DNA of 60,740 nucleotides from a virus (lineage: Duplodnaviria > Caudoviricetes): positions 1 to 60,740 of IMG/VR virus record IMGVR_UViG_3300035670_000223; one strand, written 5' to 3'. Position 1 is the first letter of the stretch; each line of letters begins with the position of its first letter. This document shows, one piece after another, positions 56,053 through 60,740 of the stretch. The translations under genes were made by a program, and so were the position numbers. The notes beneath the pieces were generated by a model that was not told the DNA's origin, did not search any database, and saw only the letters and a program-made list of their open reading frames with translations.

Positions 56053-56148
56053 TTAGAACGATATCTGCTTGATGATTGATCAAGTTTCAATGGGTGGGCT
56101 CCGTTGAGTAAAACGATAGGCCCTTATTAATTATTATTGAGGTGTTTT

Positions 56149-58668
56149 ATGTATCAAAATGTTTTTTATGACAAGGGCACGAAAATTGCCCATATATGGG
56201 ATGATGAAAAGGGCCATATAACGTTTCCTTTTACTCCATATGCGTTTAGGAAATCTTCACGAGGAACTTATACATCGTTGTTTGGTGATAAGTTAGAAAA
56301 AATAACGTATTTTGATAAAAATGATCCGACGTTATTTGAAGCCGATGTTGCTGAGACTACTAGAATATTAGTAGACATGTATACGGATTCGGATGCTGTT
56401 TCAACTGGACACAATATTATGTTTTTTGATATTGAAGTTGAGATGGACTCTGGGACCCCCGACACTGAAAAAGCAGAAAATGAAATAACATCTATTGCTA
56501 CATATTTTTCTAATACAAAAAAATATACTGTATTTGTATTAGATAAAGATAATTCTGCTTCAAAAACAAAATTAGAAGATTCAAGTGTTGATCTTATATC
56601 ATGCTTGACGGAAAAAGATTTGTTGAAACGATTTTATGATTTGTACGAAAAAGAAAAGCCGACAATTATAACCGGGTGGAACTGTGATTTTTTCGACATT
56701 CCTTATTTGTTTAATAGAACAAAAAACATTCTTGGTAAAAAAGCTGCGTTGAGAATTTCCCCAATTGGAGAACACTTTTTCTCTCCATATAGAAATAGAT
56801 TTTTCTTTGGTGGCGTCTCTGTCTTAGACTACCTGAGTATTTACAAGAAATTTACATATACGCAATTGCCCTCCTATTCATTGGATGCTGTATCTAAAAA
56901 AGAATTAGGACGGGGTAAGGTTGAGTATGAGGGAAACTTGGATGAATTAAAAAAGAATGATTTAAAAAAATTCATTGAATACAACATAACAGACGTTGAA
57001 CTTATCGTAGAGATGAATGAAAAACTTCAATTCATTGATCTTGTAAAGGGTATATGTCATGTTGGGCATGTTTCATACGAAGATTACGTATATTCATCTA
57101 AGTATTTAGAGGGTGCCGTATTAACATATTTAAAGCGCAGAAACATTATTGCACCAAATAAGCCAGCAGATAGACAAGAGCGAATGGCAGCCGTTAGGGA
57201 ATCTGGGGAAGAAAAGTTTATTGGTGCTTATGTGAAAGATCCAATTGTAGGCAAATATGAGTGGATATATGACCTAGACCTTACATCGCTGTATCCATCG
57301 ATTATTATGTCTTTAAACATATCCCCAGAAACAAAAATTGGTAAAATAGATAATTGGAATGCAGAAGATTACATTAAAGGTGTTCAGAAAGAATATATCG
57401 TTGATGGTGAAATTATAGAAAAAGAGCAAGTTGAAAAGTTTTTCAAAACATACAACTACTCAGTTGCATCAAACGGTGTATTATATAATACGGAAAAGAA
57501 GGGTGTAATTCCATCAATTTTGGATGAATGGTTTGACCAGCGTGTTGAATATAAAAATTTGATGAAAGAGTATGGCAAATCTGGCGATAATGAAAAATAT
57601 AATTTTTATAAGCAGCGTCAATTAGTTCAAAAAATTCTGTTGAACTCTTTATACGGGGTATTGGGATTGCCCGCATTTAGATTTTATGATATAGATAATG
57701 CAGAAGCTGTAACTCTTACAGGACAAACTGTAATTAAAAAAACAGCTGAAGTTTTAAATAAAAAATACAATAAAGAACTTCAAACAGAAAATGTAGATTA
57801 TAATATTTACATTGACACTGATAGCTGCTTTTTCTCTGCCTTACCGCTAGTGGTGCATAGATTCCCAGATGTGGATACATCCGATGATGCTATAATGACA
57901 GAAAAGATTTATGATATTGCAAATGAAAGTCAATCATTTATAAATTCATTTTATGATATTTTCTCTAAAAAATACTTTAATATAAATTCACACCGCTTTG
58001 AAATTAAGCAAGAAATGATAGCCAAATCCGGTATATGGATAGCTAAAAAAAGATATGCTCAATGGATTATAGCGGATAACGGTGTTAGAGTTGATAAATT
58101 AGATGTAAAAGGTCTTGATGTTGTTAGATCATCATTCCCAAAAGCATTTCAAAAATTCATGTCAAATCTTTTAATATCTATTTTGAAGGGTGCATCGAAA
58201 GATGAAATAGATAACATGATTTTGGAAATGAAAAAAAATGTTCGTAATGTTGACATCGTTGACTTGGCTAAAAACTCTTCTTTAAATAACTTAGTTAAAT
58301 ATAGTGGAAAAATAGATGTTGATAGAATAAATTCGTTTGGCAAAGGTACACCTGCACAGGTTAAAGCTGCCATTGCATATAACAGATTATTAGAACATTA
58401 TAAGTGTCCGTTTAAGTATATGCCGTTTCGAGATGGCGATAAATTAAAATGGATTTATTTAAAGGATAATCCGTTTGGAATAGATACGTTGGCATTTAGG
58501 GGAGATAGCGACCCAAAGGAAATCAAAAAATTTATTACAACATATGTAGATCCAGACTTTATGTTTACATCTGAGTTGGATAACAAATTAGAAGATTTTT
58601 ATAGCGCATTAAAATGGAAAATGCCATCACCAAGTAGTAAACTTATTAACGAATTTTTTCAGTTTTAA
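56149..58668 (+). CDS. Family B DNA polymerase (gp43-like)
   Basis: Exo motifs FDIEV, GWNCDFFDIPY and YNITDV; polymerase motifs DLTSLYPS, KILLNSLYG, YIDTDS and KKRY; ATG 56149 with SD gaggtg; C-terminal LINEFFQF. Confidence 0.97.
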   Translation: MYQNVFYDKGTKIAHIWDDEKGHITFPFTPYAFRKSSRGTYTSLFGDKLEKITYFDKNDPTLFEADVAETTRILVDMYTDSDAVSTGHNIMFFDIEVEMDSGTPDTEKAENEITSIATYFSNTKKYTVFVLDKDNSASKTKLEDSSVDLISCLTEKDLLKRFYDLYEKEKPTIITGWNCDFFDIPYLFNRTKNILGKKAALRISPIGEHFFSPYRNRFFFGGVSVLDYLSIYKKFTYTQLPSYSLDAVSKKELGRGKVEYEGNLDELKKNDLKKFIEYNITDVELIVEMNEKLQFIDLVKGICHVGHVSYEDYVYSSKYLEGAVLTYLKRRNIIAPNKPADRQERMAAVRESGEEKFIGAYVKDPIVGKYEWIYDLDLTSLYPSIIMSLNISPETKIGKIDNWNAEDYIKGVQKEYIVDGEIIEKEQVEKFFKTYNYSVASNGVLYNTEKKGVIPSILDEWFDQRVEYKNLMKEYGKSGDNEKYNFYKQRQLVQKILLNSLYGVLGLPAFRFYDIDNAEAVTLTGQTVIKKTAEVLNKKYNKELQTENVDYNIYIDTDSCFFSALPLVVHRFPDVDTSDDAIMTEKIYDIANESQSFINSFYDIFSKKYFNINSHRFEIKQEMIAKSGIWIAKKRYAQWIIADNGVRVDKLDVKGLDVVRSSFPKAFQKFMSNLLISILKGASKDEIDNMILEMKKNVRNVDIVDLAKNSSLNNLVKYSGKIDVDRINSFGKGTPAQVKAAIAYNRLLEHYKCPFKYMPFRDGDKLKWIYLKDNPFGIDTLAFRGDSDPKEIKKFITTYVDPDFMFTSELDNKLEDFYSALKWKMPSPSSKLINEFFQF

Positions 58669-58680
58669 AAGAAAATTATT

Positions 58681-59412
58681 ATGGAAAAAAATAAACTATT
58701 TTCATTTATATCCAAATACTCGCTCGGCGGATTGATAGAATCCGCCGAGTGGAGCTTAACACAAGATGAATTATCAACAAAATTTATTTCTGACGATGAC
58801 AATGCACTTGGAGAGGTAAGACTCCATAATGTTGAAAACTTAAATTATTCAAATGATGAATTGTTTGGAATTGCAAATACAGGATTTTTGGTTAAAATGA
58901 TGTCTGTGCTGGGAGACAATATACAATTTGAATTGAAAGCAAAGACGGGTATGGTTCCGGATACATTAAAAATTTCAGATGGAGAATCTGAAATAAATTA
59001 CATGTTAGCTGATCCAGTTATTATACCAAAGGCACCAAGTCCTAAAAACTTACCAGATCCAACATATGAATTTGATTTTGATAAAAGCAGTTTTTTGGAT
59101 AAATTTATAAAGGCAAAATCAGCATTTTCTGATGTAGAGACTTTTACACTAAATCCAACGAAAAAAGGATTGGAAGTTATAATCGGAAATTCTGTAAACA
59201 AAATAAAAATGCCAATAAAATCTGATATAATTGGCACGCCATCTAGACCTATCGTATTTAGCGCAAAGTATTTCAAGGAAATGCTTTCTGCTAATAAAGA
59301 AATGATATCGGCTACATTTTCTGTATATGAACGTGGGATGTCTAGAGTAAAATTTAATCATGCAGATACAGATGTCACTTATTTTTTAACAGAAATAATA
59401 ATACAACCTTGA
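58681..59412 (+). CDS. Sliding clamp (gp45-like)
   Basis: 243 aa, two alpha/beta repeats, INYMLADP..I..AP linker; directly after the polymerase. Confidence 0.7.
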   Translation: MEKNKLFSFISKYSLGGLIESAEWSLTQDELSTKFISDDDNALGEVRLHNVENLNYSNDELFGIANTGFLVKMMSVLGDNIQFELKAKTGMVPDTLKISDGESEINYMLADPVIIPKAPSPKNLPDPTYEFDFDKSSFLDKFIKAKSAFSDVETFTLNPTKKGLEVIIGNSVNKIKMPIKSDIIGTPSRPIVFSAKYFKEMLSANKEMISATFSVYERGMSRVKFNHADTDVTYFLTEIIIQP

Positions 59413-59437
59413 TTTTCTGCATTATGTTTTGTATATT
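59409..59437 (+). promoter_or_regulatory. Sigma70-like promoter
   Basis: TTGATT-N17-TATATT upstream of 59472. Confidence 0.55.
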
Positions 59438-59471
59438 ACTCTTTATTTTTTCACACATAAATTAATAAAAC

Positions 59472-60188
59472 ATGATTATTGCAATAGGCGATGTACACGA
59501 AAAGTTCAGGGAAATGAAAATAAAAATGCAAGGCATTATGAATGAAAAATTTCCCGAAACAATCCCTATAAATTTTATCCAAGTAGGTGATTTTGGTATA
59601 GGGTTTAATGACCCAGAAGAGGAATATAATGAATTAGTATTACTCGATACACGTCTATTTGAAACTAATTCAAATCTTTATGTAATTAGGGGCAACCATG
59701 ATAGACCATCTTTTTGGGAATCTGATTCGTATAAATTTAACAATATACATTTTATCAAAGATGATACGATTATAACAATAGAAGGAAAGACCTGTTATTT
59801 TGCAGGCGGTGGTATATCAATTGATAGAACAGAACGAATTCACGGTGTATCGTATTGGGATAATGAAAAATATGTTTTCAATTATGTAGAAGATAATTTT
59901 AAAGATAAAAAAATTGATATTTTATTTACACATGATGTATACACAGTATTATCCAATTTAAATTTTTTAGAAAGTACACCTGTTAGAAATTGGAAAATAC
60001 GTGATCAAAAATTAAACGAAGATTTGATTGAACAACAAAATCAAATTAAAAAATTATACGAATGTGTATTAAAAACAAATTCAAAGTTAAAGTGGTATCA
60101 TGGTCACTATCATCGATCATATACAAATTATGTAAATGAACAAACCATATGTTGCTTAGATGAATTAGAATTTAAACAAATTTTTTAA
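59472..60188 (+). CDS. Calcineurin-like metallophosphoesterase
   Basis: GDVH, GDFG, GNHD, FTHD and HGHYH. Confidence 0.92.
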   Translation: MIIAIGDVHEKFREMKIKMQGIMNEKFPETIPINFIQVGDFGIGFNDPEEEYNELVLLDTRLFETNSNLYVIRGNHDRPSFWESDSYKFNNIHFIKDDTIITIEGKTCYFAGGGISIDRTERIHGVSYWDNEKYVFNYVEDNFKDKKIDILFTHDVYTVLSNLNFLESTPVRNWKIRDQKLNEDLIEQQNQIKKLYECVLKTNSKLKWYHGHYHRSYTNYVNEQTICCLDELEFKQIF

Positions 60189-60198
60189 AGGAGGTATA

Positions 60199-60471
60199 AT
60201 GATAACAGTTACTAGATTTACTGCTAATTGGTGTATTCCGTGTAAAACGGTTGGGCCTATTATGGAAGGAATTAAAAATGATTCCTATTTTTCAAATGTT
60301 AATTTCATAACGATTGACATTGATTCAAATAGAGAATTAGCTTCTAAATATGGAATCCGCTCTATCCCAACGGTTGTTATAGAAAATAATGGAGTTGTTG
60401 TGGAACAATTAGTTGGTACAAAAAGTAGAGCAGATTATGAAGATTCAATTAAAAAATGGACATCCAAATAA
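60199..60471 (+). CDS. trxA: Thioredoxin
   Basis: FTANWCIPCK and YGIRSIPT; SD aggagg. Confidence 0.93.
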   Translation: MITVTRFTANWCIPCKTVGPIMEGIKNDSYFSNVNFITIDIDSNRELASKYGIRSIPTVVIENNGVVVEQLVGTKSRADYEDSIKKWTSK

Positions 60472-60484
60472 TATAGGAGATAAT

Positions 60485-60740
60485 ATGAACGGTAAAAACT
60501 GGTGGTCAACTACCCCACCCACTGAATTTGCTTACGATGATAATGGGAATTTAATTGCAAACACACTAAAAGTAAAATTTAAAAAGCTTCATCCAGAAGC
60601 AACCACACCATCATATGCAAAAGATGGTGATGCTGGCCTTGATCTAACTGCAACCAGCATGGTTATGACACCAACAACCATCGAGTATTATACCGGAATT
60701 GCAGTTGAAATACCGGCTGGTTATGTTGGTCTTCTATTTC
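60485..60740 (+). CDS. dut: Trimeric dUTPase, 3'-truncated (not in the ORF track)
   Basis: ATG 60485 with SD aggag; reads ...KVKFKKLHPEATTPSYAKDGDAGLDL...TGIAVEIPAGYVGLLF (motif 1 DAGLDL). Confidence 0.92.
   Translation, partial: MNGKNWWSTTPPTEFAYDDNGNLIANTLKVKFKKLHPEATTPSYAKDGDAGLDLTATSMVMTPTTIEYYTGIAVEIPAGYVGLLF

Noticed and set aside
56060-56125. Hammerhead ribozyme or known riboswitch
   Set aside because: It contains TTGATGA rather than CTGATGA, and I could not build the hammerhead core or a riboswitch consensus. It is kept only as an unassigned structure.

Overview
This window is a 60.7 kb segment of a large, AT-rich, T4-like myophage genome that uses the standard genetic code. All credible genes lie on the + strand. 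In order it contains: the 3' part of a collagen-like tail-fibre gene; small membrane/lysis-like and basic genes; a head module (terminase, portal, prohead protease, phage-encoded ribosomal protein bS21, scaffold, major capsid protein); PhoH; neck and tail-completion genes; sheath and tube; a 2927-aa beta-propeller/beta-roll fibre; a tail chaperone with an apparent +1 (or -2) frameshift extension; tape measure; a repeat-rich baseplate protein and other baseplate genes; a compact family-A-like DNA polymerase; and a replication/nucleotide module (SSB, RecA/UvsX, 5'-3' exonuclease, DnaB-like helicase, class II RNR, Hc1-like protein, family B polymerase, sliding clamp, metallophosphoesterase, thioredoxin, partial dUTPase). 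Late genes are repeatedly preceded by an ATATTTAT(A/T) motif. Two canonical sigma70-like promoters sit in the replication module, and strong Shine-Dalgarno sequences are common. No tRNA, CRISPR array, intron or mobile element was recognised. All calls come from motif reading by eye, not database searches.
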